64,000 nucleotides of DNA from IMG/VR virus record IMGVR_UViG_2706794599_000005; one strand, written 5' to 3'. Origin of the DNA: an uncultured virus (IMG/VR IMGVR_UViG_2706794599_000005) (Duplodnaviria > Heunggongvirae > Uroviricota > Caudoviricetes). This document shows, one piece after another, positions 46,812 to 55,496 of the stretch. Position 1 is the first letter of the stretch, and the number at the start of each line of letters is the position of its first letter. The position numbers were made by a program, and so were the translations under genes. Under the pieces are notes generated by a model that saw only the letters and a program-made list of their open reading frames with translations, searched no databases and was not told the DNA's origin.

Positions 46812-47176
46812 TCTCGGCCCGCGTGATTTCGATCGCGCTGGCCTGCCTGCTACTGGTCGGCCTCGGCACCGCTGGCGGTGTCTGGATCGGCGCGCGGCAC
46901 TACCGGCCGCAGCTCGATGCTGCGCTGGCGGATCTGGTCGCCTGCCGTGCCGCCCGGGGCAGCCTGGAGGCCTCAGTGGCGGAGCAGGTCCGACAGGTTG
47001 CCGCGCTGCGCCTGGCCGACGAGCAACGCGCCCGGGATGCCGCGCAGGCTGTGGATCGGGGACGGCAGCAGGCCGCGGAGCAGTATGCCGAAGCCCAGCG
47101 CCTGGTACGTGAGCGAACCGCCGGTGAGCAGTGTGCGGCCGCCGAGGCGGTCATTAATCAGGAGTTGGGCCTATGA
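46808..47176 (+). CDS. i-spanin (Rz-like)
   Basis: N-terminal TM plus coiled coil after endolysin. Confidence 0.75.
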   Translation: MISARVISIALACLLLVGLGTAGGVWIGARHYRPQLDAALADLVACRAARGSLEASVAEQVRQVAALRLADEQRARDAAQAVDRGRQQAAEQYAEAQRLVRERTAGEQCAAAEAVINQELGL

Positions 47177-47502
47177 AACTGCAGGCGTGGCGAAAGACTG
47201 CAGGTGCAGCGATTTTCGGCAGGTGCAGCCGAAAGGCGCAGGTGGTGCAGGTGCTGGGGTTGGTGTTCGCGCTGGCGGGATGCGCCGGCCAGGTCGAGCC
47301 TGAGCCGCGCACGGTGCGCGTAGAAGTGCCGGTGGTGGTGCCGTGCCGAGTGCCGGCGGTAGAAGTGCCGGCATGGGCAGCGGCTGGGCTGAAGAAGAGC
47401 GACGACCTACAGACCAAGGTCCGTGCGCTGCTGGCCGAGCGGCGGCAGCGGATTGGTTACGAGGCGCAGCTCCTGGCTGCGAATCAGGCCTGTCAGGATT
47501 AG
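47173..47502 (+). CDS. o-spanin lipoprotein (Rz1-like; start may be internal)
   Basis: Lipobox LAGC followed by a Pro/Val-rich segment. Confidence 0.7.
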   Translation: MKLQAWRKTAGAAIFGRCSRKAQVVQVLGLVFALAGCAGQVEPEPRTVRVEVPVVVPCRVPAVEVPAWAAAGLKKSDDLQTKVRALLAERRQRIGYEAQLLAANQACQD

Positions 47503-47537
47503 GAGTAGACTACGGCCTTTTCCTACGGAGCAGGGCG

Positions 47538-47711
47538 ATGCTGGTGATTCGATTGGCGTCCTCAAACGACCTCCGGCGTACTGCGGCAATCCTGCCTGCC
47601 GAGCCCAAGGAAGGCCAGACGGTGGACGTATCGATCTGCGACACCGCGCACTCGCCAGATGGATGGATCGCCGTCGGCGCAGGCGTAGCAGCCTACGAAG
47701 CGGAGCGCTGA
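47538..47711 (+). CDS. Short hypothetical protein, possibly internally deleted
   Basis: GGAG RBS, 57 aa MLVIRL..AAYEAER. Confidence 0.45.
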   Translation: MLVIRLASSNDLRRTAAILPAEPKEGQTVDVSICDTAHSPDGWIAVGAGVAAYEAER

Positions 47712-48379
47712 GGCTCTATCAGATGGGCGCCCTGGTTTCGGACGTTCCCAACTGCTGGGTCGACCGCGTACCAGGTGAACGCCTCGCTCGGCTCGCCCTG
47801 CATCAACACGATCTCTTCTGCGCGTTCCGGCGGCGTCGCCGGGTCCAGCCACTCGCGGGCCATCTCGGGCGATAGCACGACGGGCCGCCGGTCGTGAATA
47901 TCTACCAGGCCGCCGGCGCTATCGGCGGTGATGATCACGAATCCATGGTGATCTGCCGGTTCGTCATCGAGGCCAGGAAACTGGCCGATGGCCGCGCATA
48001 GGATCGGACTCCCGTCCCGGTGTTGGATGTGGAACGGTTGTTTCCGCGCCTCGCCTCCATCGACCCACTCGAACCAGCCCGAGATCGGCGTCAGCGCTCG
48101 GTGTTTCCACGCGGTGCTGAAGAAGCGTCCATGCGCCACCTTTTCAACCCGAGCGTTTATCGGCGCCGCGCGATCCCTGGCCCAGAAGGGCCGCCAGCCC
48201 CATCGAATCGGCTGAGCTACAAGCGCATCGCCTTCGAGCCGTAGCGTCGTCACCGCCGTCGACGGCGCGACGTTGTAGCGCTCGGGCTGCTCGCCGACAA
48301 GGTTGACCAGCGCGTTGGGCATCGACAGCGCGTCGACGAATTCGTGAAGTCCCGTGTACTGCGAAAGCCTGCCACACAT
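47693..48379 (-). CDS. SOS response-associated peptidase (SRAP/YedK/HMCES family)
   Basis: N-terminal MCGR, RYNVAP, NARVE, FEW and IHDRRPV motifs. Confidence 0.92.
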   Translation of the reverse strand: MCGRLSQYTGLHEFVDALSMPNALVNLVGEQPERYNVAPSTAVTTLRLEGDALVAQPIRWGWRPFWARDRAAPINARVEKVAHGRFFSTAWKHRALTPISGWFEWVDGGEARKQPFHIQHRDGSPILCAAIGQFPGLDDEPADHHGFVIITADSAGGLVDIHDRRPVVLSPEMAREWLDPATPPERAEEIVLMQGEPSEAFTWYAVDPAVGNVRNQGAHLIEPQRSAS

Positions 48380-48416
48380 CGCATCGCTCCGGCCGAAGTG
48401 GTGCGGTAAGGGTAGT

Positions 48417-48932
48417 TCAGGTGGGCCAACGCCACGGCCGGAAGTCGCTGGGGATCTGCTCGACAAGCAGCAGCGTGCCGCCGGCGTCGAGTTCGATCAC
48501 GAGGCCGCGCACAATGCCGGCACGCTCAAGCGCCTGGCCCAGGCGGAGGTATGTTATCCCGTCGAGCGGATCCCGGCTGATGTAGCCCAGGCGCTGTCGT
48601 GCGGGTGCGGGCCCGTGGTAGATGCCCTCGTCGTCCACGCTCCCGACGACGACGACGCCGTCGAGCACGTCGTAGCAGCAGTCAGAGCAGTAGTGCGTCT
48701 CGCGCGTGATGCCGTGCTCGATCGCCCATCCGTACATCCCCAAGGCGTCGGTGACCATGTCGTGGCGGTCCTGCAGGCCCACGATTCCGCACTGGTAGAG
48801 TTCGTTTGCCTCGCCCACCAGGTACAGGTACTGCTCATCCGCGGCGTACAGCCAGGCGGCATGCTGCCGTATCGCGGCGAGCCATTGGGTGACGCGCTGG
48901 TGGTGGCAGATGCGGGGGTCGGAGTAGGACAT
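48417..48932 (-). CDS. Hypothetical protein, first gene of LexA-boxed operon
   Basis: 171 aa, GGAG RBS. Confidence 0.7.
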   Translation of the reverse strand: MSYSDPRICHHQRVTQWLAAIRQHAAWLYAADEQYLYLVGEANELYQCGIVGLQDRHDMVTDALGMYGWAIEHGITRETHYCSDCCYDVLDGVVVVGSVDDEGIYHGPAPARQRLGYISRDPLDGITYLRLGQALERAGIVRGLVIELDAGGTLLLVEQIPSDFRPWRWPT

Positions 48933-48969
48933 AGGAAATCTCCGGCGGGCGAGTTGGCCGGAAATTATG

Positions 48970-48985
48970 CTGTATGAATATCCAG
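48970..48985 (-). promoter_or_regulatory. LexA (SOS) box
   Basis: TACTGGATATTCATACAGCA on the minus strand = CTG-N10-CAG. Confidence 0.85.
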
Positions 48986-49049
48986 TATTCGAGGGCGGCC
49001 GACGAGCGGAGAGTGGCGCATGGGAATGCCATGGAGGGGGCTGAAATCA

Positions 49050-49121
49050 TTTCCGCAATTTATTCATTGACCCAGGCAGCAAGCGGCATCCAGAGAATGA
49101 GAAATGGCTAAATTGCGGAAA
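49050..49121. repeat. 12-bp inverted repeat, probable integrase arm-type sites
   Basis: TTTCCGCAATTT (49050-61) and AAATTGCGGAAA (49110-21) next to the att core. Confidence 0.6.
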
Positions 49122-49166
49122 CGAAATCCAGCCGCAACCCGCATAAACCTTGAATTCAGCGATAGA

Positions 49167-49224
49167 CTTGAAAACCGTCGAAGGGGAGACTCTTCCGTGA
49201 GTTCGAATCTCACCGCCTCCGCCA
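49167..49224 (+). other. attR: duplicated 3' half of tRNA-Ser(TGA)
   Basis: CTTGAAA anticodon loop, long variable arm, GTTCGAATC T-loop, CCA end; no D-arm or 5' acceptor strand upstream. Confidence 0.9.
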
Positions 49225-49237
49225 TATCCGCGTACTG

Positions 49238-49262
49238 AAAAGCCCCGCTGAGCGGGGCTTTT
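49238..49262. terminator. Bidirectional intrinsic terminator
   Basis: AAAAGCCCCGCT-G-AGCGGGGCTTTT. Confidence 0.85.
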
Positions 49263-49358
49263 GCATTTTCGGGGCGCCGCTCTTCCGCACTTCCGGGTCG
49301 TTTCCGCAGCCTGCCCGGCGTCGATTCGATGACTCTCCGATTTCGTCGGGTAATGGCT

Positions 49359-50942
49359 TCAGATCACGAAGAAGCCGTGAGTTCCGTCGCGACCGAGTTG
49401 CTCCACCAGGCCGAACTCCCAGTCCAGGTAGCCCTGCATCGCTTCGCGCGGATTGTCGGTACCTTCGTAGGGGCGGCGGTAGCGGTCGATGCGCGGCGAC
49501 GCCAACAGGCTTTCGCCGTCTTCCGTCGGCAGGCCCGCGGCGACCCAGGCGCTGGTGCCGCCGTCGAGAAGGAACACCGGCTTGCCGCTGAGTGCCTGGA
49601 CTTCCGCCACGGCGAAGCGCGCCAGCAGGCTGCTGCCGCAGGTGAGTACGTAGCGCTCGGCCGTGCCCAGCCGTTCCAGTGCCTGCTTCAACTGGCTGCG
49701 CAATACCCAGGCGGCGCCGGGGATGTGGCGTTTCGCATAGTTGGCGCTGGCGGTGAAGTCGAGCACCCGGGTGCCCGGTTCGCCCAGCCAGTCGGCGAGG
49801 GTGGTCGGGTCGATGGTGTCGGCCCGGGGTTGCCTCGGCAGCGGCGCGCTCCAGGCGCCTCTCTCGCTTAAGTCGGCGTCGGAGAGTCCGTCCAGTACCG
49901 CGACCTGCCAGCCCATCTGGGCCAGCCAGGAGGCGCTCATGTTGGCGCGTACGCCATCGTCGTCCACCAGTACCAGGCGCGCGCCGCGCACGCTGGCGAC
50001 ATGGTCGGTTTCCTGAACCAGCTGGCCACCGGGCGTGGAGCGGGAGCCAGGCAGGTGACCGGCTTCGTATTCCTCGGGCGTGCGTACGTCGAGCAGGTAG
50101 GTGGTGCGGTCGTGCTCGTCCTGCCATTGGGCCAGACCGGCCAGGTCGAGGCGTTCGACGCCGGCGCGGTCGGCGACGGCACGGGCGCGCTGGGCGGCGG
50201 CCTTGCGAGTGTCCTGGGAGATCGCACCGAAGCGTCGCGTCTGGCCGTGTTCCAGTTGCTGACCGGCCAGCGTCCAGCCGATGGTGCCGTTGCGTAATGC
50301 CGCCACCGGGTTGGGGATGCCGGCGTTGAGCAGCGACTGGGTACCGATGATGCTACGAGTGCGCCCGGCACAGTTGACTATCACCCGGGTGCGCGGGTCC
50401 GGCGCCAGTTCGGCGACGCGCAGCACCAGTTCGGCGCCGGGCACGCTGATGCCGCCGGGGATACTCATGGTCTGGTATTCGTCGAAACGACGGGCATCCA
50501 GGATCACCGCCTCGGCCCTGGCGTCGAGCAAAGCCTGTACTTCCTCCGCGGCCAGCGATGGCGTGTGGCGCTCGGCCTCCACCAGTTCGCCGAAGGCCTT
50601 GCTCGGCACGTTCACATCCCTGAACAGCTCGCCGCCGGCGTTGCGCCAACCGGACAGGCCGCCATCGAGCAAGGCCACGTCGCTGTAGCCGAGGTCGTGG
50701 AGGCGTTGCGCGGCGACCGGCGCCAGGCCTTCGCCGTCGTCGTAGACGGTAATCGGCGTGTCGCGGCGCGGCACCCGGGCATGGATCTCCAGTTCCAGCC
50801 TGGACAGCGGCAGGTTGGCGGCGAACAGGGGATGGGCCTGGGCGAACGGGTCCTCCTCGCGCACGTCGAGCAGCGCCAGCTCCCGGCGGGCGAGGAGAGC
50901 GGCGCGGATATCGTGGAAGGTGCGTACGGCGATCTGGCTCAT
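49359..50942 (-). CDS. Multi-domain rhodanese-related sulfurtransferase (host)
   Basis: Four rhodanese repeats (LLDVREE, ILDARRFDEY, LLDVRTPEEYEAGH, VLDF..HIPGA); CAGRTRS loop. Confidence 0.9.
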   Translation of the reverse strand: MSQIAVRTFHDIRAALLARRELALLDVREEDPFAQAHPLFAANLPLSRLELEIHARVPRRDTPITVYDDGEGLAPVAAQRLHDLGYSDVALLDGGLSGWRNAGGELFRDVNVPSKAFGELVEAERHTPSLAAEEVQALLDARAEAVILDARRFDEYQTMSIPGGISVPGAELVLRVAELAPDPRTRVIVNCAGRTRSIIGTQSLLNAGIPNPVAALRNGTIGWTLAGQQLEHGQTRRFGAISQDTRKAAAQRARAVADRAGVERLDLAGLAQWQDEHDRTTYLLDVRTPEEYEAGHLPGSRSTPGGQLVQETDHVASVRGARLVLVDDDGVRANMSASWLAQMGWQVAVLDGLSDADLSERGAWSAPLPRQPRADTIDPTTLADWLGEPGTRVLDFTASANYAKRHIPGAAWVLRSQLKQALERLGTAERYVLTCGSSLLARFAVAEVQALSGKPVFLLDGGTSAWVAAGLPTEDGESLLASPRIDRYRRPYEGTDNPREAMQGYLDWEFGLVEQLGRDGTHGFFVI

Positions 50943-51544
50943 GCGGGGTTCTCTTTCGACAGGTCCCAGATATTGGGCAAGCGGCTGTTGGAATAGCCGG
51001 AAATGAAGGGTTTTTCCTCACCTTCGGCGCTGAACACGGCACGCCGTACCGCACCGATATTGGCGCCGTAGACGTGGATACTGATGGATGTGCGGTCGCT
51101 GAAGGCGTTGCTCACCTGGTGCACGTCGCCAATGCGTGGCGACAGCGCTTCGACCTCGCCGGGCTCCAGGCGTCGACGGGCTCCGCTGGGATGCGGACGC
51201 CCCCCCGCATCGAAGGCGTACGGCTGCGAGTATTCGGCCCCGCGGAGCATGCCGATCAGGCCCCAGACCCGATGATCGTGTACCGGTGTGATCTGGCCCG
51301 GCCCCCAGACGAAGCTGACCACCGAGAAGCGCTGCCGTGAGTCGACATGCAGCAGGTACTGTTGGTAGCGCTGTGGATCGGGGCGGGCGCAGTCTTCCGG
51401 CAGCCAGTCGTCCTGGCGCACCAGCTCGGCCAGCAGGGGGTGGGCTTGGGCGAGCAGGGTGGATTCGTCGGGACGGCTGTCGAGCAGTGTCGCCAGCTCG
51501 CCGATGAACTGGCGCAGGCGGTCGAGGCGCAGGATGGATGACAT
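50939..51544 (-). CDS. Cysteine/3-mercaptopropionate dioxygenase family (host)
   Basis: WGPGQITPVHDH..HQVSN..SIHVYG cupin motifs. Confidence 0.88.
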   Translation of the reverse strand: MSSILRLDRLRQFIGELATLLDSRPDESTLLAQAHPLLAELVRQDDWLPEDCARPDPQRYQQYLLHVDSRQRFSVVSFVWGPGQITPVHDHRVWGLIGMLRGAEYSQPYAFDAGGRPHPSGARRRLEPGEVEALSPRIGDVHQVSNAFSDRTSISIHVYGANIGAVRRAVFSAEGEEKPFISGYSNSRLPNIWDLSKENPA

Positions 51545-51656
51545 GCGGGGATTCACTCCGGGAAGTTCTGGCGGTACGGTAGCAAACGCTTTTTTATTCC
51601 TGAAATGCATTTTGAATCTAAGCTAATATGCGAGAAATGCAATTGGTGCCGGCCCC

Positions 51657-52553
51657 ATGAAAATCGATGACATCGACGCCTTCGTCGCGGTGATCCGCAA
51701 CGCTTCCCTGAGCCAGGCCGCCGAGAGCCTGGGCCTGACCCAGTCTGCGATCACCCGGCGGGTACAGAGCCTGGAGGAGTCCCTCGGAGTGGCATTGCTG
51801 GACCGCAATACCAAGCCGCTCAAACCCACCGCCAGCGGACTGCGGGTCTACGAACAGTGCCGGCGGGTGCTCCGCGAGGTGGATGGCCTGCGTGAACTGG
51901 TGGCCGGTGACGCCACACCAAGTGGCGTGCTGCGCCTGGGCGTGCCGCAGAGTATCGGCGAGGTGGTGTTGCTGGATGCCCTTCGGCGGCTGGCCGACGA
52001 GTACCCGGAGCTGCGCGCGCAGGTCGGCACTGGCTGGGGCAGCCATTTGCTGGCGCGCCTGGAGAATGCCGAACTGGACGCGGCAGTGGTGTTGTTTCCG
52101 CCAAGCAAGGTGTTCCCCGAAGAACTCGGCGCCACGCCCCTAGGGCGCATGGAACTCTGCGTGGTGGTCGCCCGCGACAGTGCCATCCAGGCGCGACGCC
52201 TGCTCGATTGCTACCACCATGGCTGGGTGCTCAACCCCGATGGCTGCGGCTTCCGTGCCGGCCTGCAACGGGCCCTGGCCGATCAGGGCCTGGGCCTGCA
52301 ACTGAACCTCGAGACTTTCGGCAGCGAGCTGCAACTGGGCCTGGTCGCCGCGGGTCGGGGTCTCGGCCTAGTGCCGGCGCCGGCCCTGGCGCGTAGCCGC
52401 TACCGCGATCAGTTGCGGGTGCTGCAACTGGAGGATTTCCAGCCGCTGATCCAGCTCTGGCTGGTGCGTCCGCGCCTGCTGGGCAATCTGGAAACGCCGG
52501 CACGGCTGTTCGGCAGGGCGGTGGCCGAGGGGTTGGATATGCAAGCCGGTTGA
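51657..52553 (+). CDS. LysR-family regulator (host)
   Basis: SLSQAAESLGLTQSAITRRVQSLEESLGVALLDR HTH. Confidence 0.95.
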   Translation: MKIDDIDAFVAVIRNASLSQAAESLGLTQSAITRRVQSLEESLGVALLDRNTKPLKPTASGLRVYEQCRRVLREVDGLRELVAGDATPSGVLRLGVPQSIGEVVLLDALRRLADEYPELRAQVGTGWGSHLLARLENAELDAAVVLFPPSKVFPEELGATPLGRMELCVVVARDSAIQARRLLDCYHHGWVLNPDGCGFRAGLQRALADQGLGLQLNLETFGSELQLGLVAAGRGLGLVPAPALARSRYRDQLRVLQLEDFQPLIQLWLVRPRLLGNLETPARLFGRAVAEGLDMQAG

Positions 52554-52871
52554 GTAGCGGCGCCGGGAGATCCCCGGGAGACGGGAGCGTGAATGAGAAG
52601 GGGCTGCAGTCGGGATCAACATTCCCCTGCGAGCCCCTTTTCGCTTCAGAGGGAAGAGGGAGCGAGGGCTGCTATGCATAGTGTCCGCCTTGGGAAACGC
52701 AAAGACGGAAAAGCTAAATATGCGTGTTTAGCATATTAAGATATGACAAAAATGAATTTCCATCATGTAGTTTCAGCCTGTAGCTTCTAAGAAAAGCACC
52801 CATGCAGATGTTTTTCTTATAACGACAGCCGCCAACCTTATCAGTCGAGCGGCCCAGGCGAGGGCAACAGC

Positions 52872-52887
52872 GTGAGCGTGGAAATTC
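52872..52887 (+). pseudogene. Probable 5' stub (MSVEI) of a host gene interrupted by the transposable prophage
   Basis: GAGGG RBS, then GTG AGC GTG GAA ATT C directly before the TG end and an early stop. Confidence 0.45.
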
Positions 52888-52966
52888 TGTAGCGCCGCGC
52901 GAAATTCATCGGCCTGTTGCGCGATAAATCCAACGCGGCGCGCCTTTCAGTGGTGGAAAAGGAATT

Positions 52967-53761
52967 TCAGAATAGCCCGGCGGGTTCCGCCTGGATATCC
53001 CAGCTGAAGATCAGAACCTCCCGTGCGTCACTCCCCTTGCCACCTCCGACCGTGTACCGGATGTCCGTCGTCTCGATGTGATAGTCGGCAAAGCAGCGCC
53101 GGATATCTGGATGGTCGTTCAGGCTGATGATTGCCTTCCCCTTCAACCGCTTCAGCATCTCAGCCATCTCCAGGTATTGCTCGAAGCCGAACGGCACGCC
53201 GTAGCCCTCTGTCTCCCAGTATGGTGGGTCCATGTAGAAGAGCGTGTGCTCGCGGTCGTAGCGCTTCAGGCAGTCCTGCCAGGTCAGATGCTCGATGTAT
53301 GTGTTGCTCAGGCGCAGATGAGCGGCAGAGAGCGCCTCCTCGATCCGCAGCAGGTTGAGACCTGGCGGCTGCGTGGTGGCCGTTCCGTAACTTTGGCAAT
53401 CCACACGCCCGCCGAAGGCGCTCTGCTGCAGGTAGTAGAACCTGGCCGCGCGTTGGATGTCGGTCAGGGTCTCCACGCGCGTCTCCTGCAGCCACTTGAA
53501 TACCTGGCGAGAACTGAGTGCCCATTTGAATTGACGGACGAACTCCTCCAGGTGGTGCTGAACGACCCGGTACAGATTGACCAAGTCGCCGTTGACGTCG
53601 TTGAGAACCTCAACCTCTGCCGGCACCGGGCGGAGGAAAAACAGAGCAGCTCCTCCTGCGAACGGCTCCACATAGCAGGAGTGGCGTGGGAACAACTGAA
53701 AGATCCGATCGGCGAGCCGACGTTTACCCCCTATCCAGGGAATGATGGGTTGGGCGGACAT
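52967..53761 (-). CDS. DNA adenine methyltransferase (D12/Dam class)
   Basis: PWIGGKRRL, YVEPFAGG, NDVN and DPPY motifs. Confidence 0.93.
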   Translation of the reverse strand: MSAQPIIPWIGGKRRLADRIFQLFPRHSCYVEPFAGGAALFFLRPVPAEVEVLNDVNGDLVNLYRVVQHHLEEFVRQFKWALSSRQVFKWLQETRVETLTDIQRAARFYYLQQSAFGGRVDCQSYGTATTQPPGLNLLRIEEALSAAHLRLSNTYIEHLTWQDCLKRYDREHTLFYMDPPYWETEGYGVPFGFEQYLEMAEMLKRLKGKAIISLNDHPDIRRCFADYHIETTDIRYTVGGGKGSDAREVLIFSWDIQAEPAGLF

Positions 53762-53922
53762 GATGCCTCCTGACGGCATGGGGCGCTCAGCGGCGCTATC
53801 AGGAGGCTCTCGGCCTTCAGGTGATTCAAGGTCCCGCACCGGGGACACTTGATTTGGATTTGATCGAATTGGCCGGCGCGGGCCAGCAGGCGGTTGCAGC
53901 CGCCACAACGTATGTCTTTCAT
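53731..53922 (-). CDS. com: Com-family zinc-finger translational regulator
   Basis: IRCGGCNRLLA..IKCPRCGTLN; overlaps the MTase start. Confidence 0.88.
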   Translation of the reverse strand: MKDIRCGGCNRLLARAGQFDQIQIKCPRCGTLNHLKAESLLIAPLSAPCRQEASCPPNPSFPG

Positions 53923-54060
53923 CCTCTGCAAAGCCTTTTCAGTTTTGCTAGGCTCGCCCAGCTCTCGCGAGAGTGGGAGGGCCTCGGTTGGCTTGCAGGC
54001 TGTCTCTGCTGGTCGACGCCTCGGACGGGAGTTGCCGCTCCCCTACGAGGCGCCCTCTCT

Positions 54061-54345
54061 TTACTCCGAGGGAAGTGGATACCGCGCCTTGATCGCCTGC
54101 ACGGCCGCGACCCATGCCGCCAGATCCGGCTCGGAGCCAGCGGCGATGGCGTCAAACTCGGCCTCCAGGCGCAGCGGGTCAGACTCGGTGCGATAGGCCT
54201 GGCGGCGTAGCTCCTTGACCTCGGCGAGCACATCATCCGGGTGGAACGCCAGGTCGCCGACCGGGACGCCAGCGAGTGCTGCGGCCTCGTCCAGCGTGCC
54301 ATCCCATTCCGCGAAGAACTCGCCTTTCAGTAGAACTCGTTTCAT
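54061..54345 (-). CDS. Tail fibre assembly-type protein
   Basis: RRQAYRTESDPL..IKARYP motif after the fibre gene. Confidence 0.7.
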   Translation of the reverse strand: MKRVLLKGEFFAEWDGTLDEAAALAGVPVGDLAFHPDDVLAEVKELRRQAYRTESDPLRLEAEFDAIAAGSEPDLAAWVAAVQAIKARYPLPSE

Positions 54346-54347
54346 GG

Positions 54348-55496
54348 TCATGCGCTTGCTCCGTTGATTGTCAGGATGGGTGCAACGTGGATACCCGGAT
54401 CGACGAGGCCACCGAACCACGCCGGGCATGCAAACGCGATCTGAGCCCCTGCGGATGCGTAGATGTACGGACACGCGTTGTCATAGCCGTTATATGACTG
54501 CATCGAGAATCGCAGATGCACCCATTGGCCTGCCGGCAGCACAACCCCTGGAGCAGCAACAGCGCCATTGATCCAAAGGCGATGGGTCGTATAAGGCGCC
54601 GACGAGATATGAGCTGAGCCGCTTTCGACTCGCAGCCACATGACCACCGTCGCCCACGCGCCCGCGTTGAAAACTGTCTTACTGCCGTTGGAGCAGCACA
54701 GATAGCGCGTAACCCCATCCGCGCCGGCCGAGCCGGTTGTTGTCTGCGATCCCGCCGTCAGAACGGTGGTGAAGAACTCGACGCCGTACCTTGAAACCGA
54801 TGTCCAGGTGCGGCCCATTGCCGTGAGAAGTGCCTGTACCCTCGCATTGAGCGCCGGCCCCGCCCCGCCGTTCGTGCTGTTGTCGAACGAGAACTTGCCC
54901 CCATCTGCGAGGGCCGCGCCGTTCCAGCCATTGATGAAGGTGCTTGGAGTCCATGACGTTGTGAACATCGTATTCAGCGGATTGGCTGCGGTTCCCGCGA
55001 AGCGCCCCATGTCGGGCATCAGGTTCATGAACGGCAGAACGTTGAGTGCCGACTTCGCGGCAGATCCCAGCTCAGTCCAGGCGCCGCTTTCGCGGGCATA
55101 TGCCTTTCCGTCGCTAGGCGCGTCCGACATACCGCCCACCAGCTCAGTCCAGGCGCTGCCGGAATACTCGTAGGTCTTGACCTGGCCGCTCGGCGTCGTC
55201 TCGTTCGCAACCTGCACCCGCCAGCCCAGTCGTGGCGGCATGTACTCCCAAATGGGCGTCGTCGCACCCGTTGCCCACCAGCGTGCAATTCGGTTCTGGT
55301 TCGCGCCGCTGCCGGTGAAAATGTAAGTGTCGCCCTCGGCCTGGCCGCTTGTGGGCAACGAGGCGACGCGCCCCTTGACGACCGGCTGGCGGAGGAAGTC
55401 GTCCCAGCGCCACATCCGAATCAGATCGCTGTAATGCCCTTCTCCCGGCAAGCCATTGATCAGCAGGCCGGTATTCGGTCCCATATAAAGAGTCAT
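54348..55496 (-). CDS. Tail fibre / receptor-binding protein (DUF2793-like)
   Basis: GDTYI..WEYMPPRLGW and DAPSDGKAYAR motifs. Confidence 0.75.
   Translation of the reverse strand: MTLYMGPNTGLLINGLPGEGHYSDLIRMWRWDDFLRQPVVKGRVASLPTSGQAEGDTYIFTGSGANQNRIARWWATGATTPIWEYMPPRLGWRVQVANETTPSGQVKTYEYSGSAWTELVGGMSDAPSDGKAYARESGAWTELGSAAKSALNVLPFMNLMPDMGRFAGTAANPLNTMFTTSWTPSTFINGWNGAALADGGKFSFDNSTNGGAGPALNARVQALLTAMGRTWTSVSRYGVEFFTTVLTAGSQTTTGSAGADGVTRYLCCSNGSKTVFNAGAWATVVMWLRVESGSAHISSAPYTTHRLWINGAVAAPGVVLPAGQWVHLRFSMQSYNGYDNACPYIYASAGAQIAFACPAWFGGLVDPGIHVAPILTINGASA

Larger units (their letters stand above)
1..49224. mobile_element. Lambdoid siphovirus prophage integrated at tRNA-Ser(TGA); left att lies just outside the window
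   Basis: Gene order integrase/xis, cI-cro, replication, terminase-portal-capsid-tail, lysis; ends in a duplicated tRNA 3' half followed by host genes. Confidence 0.95.

Noticed and set aside
49135..49224. Intact tRNA-Ser gene
   Set aside because: Only the anticodon loop to CCA is present; upstream DNA cannot form the D-arm or acceptor stem, so it is the att duplication
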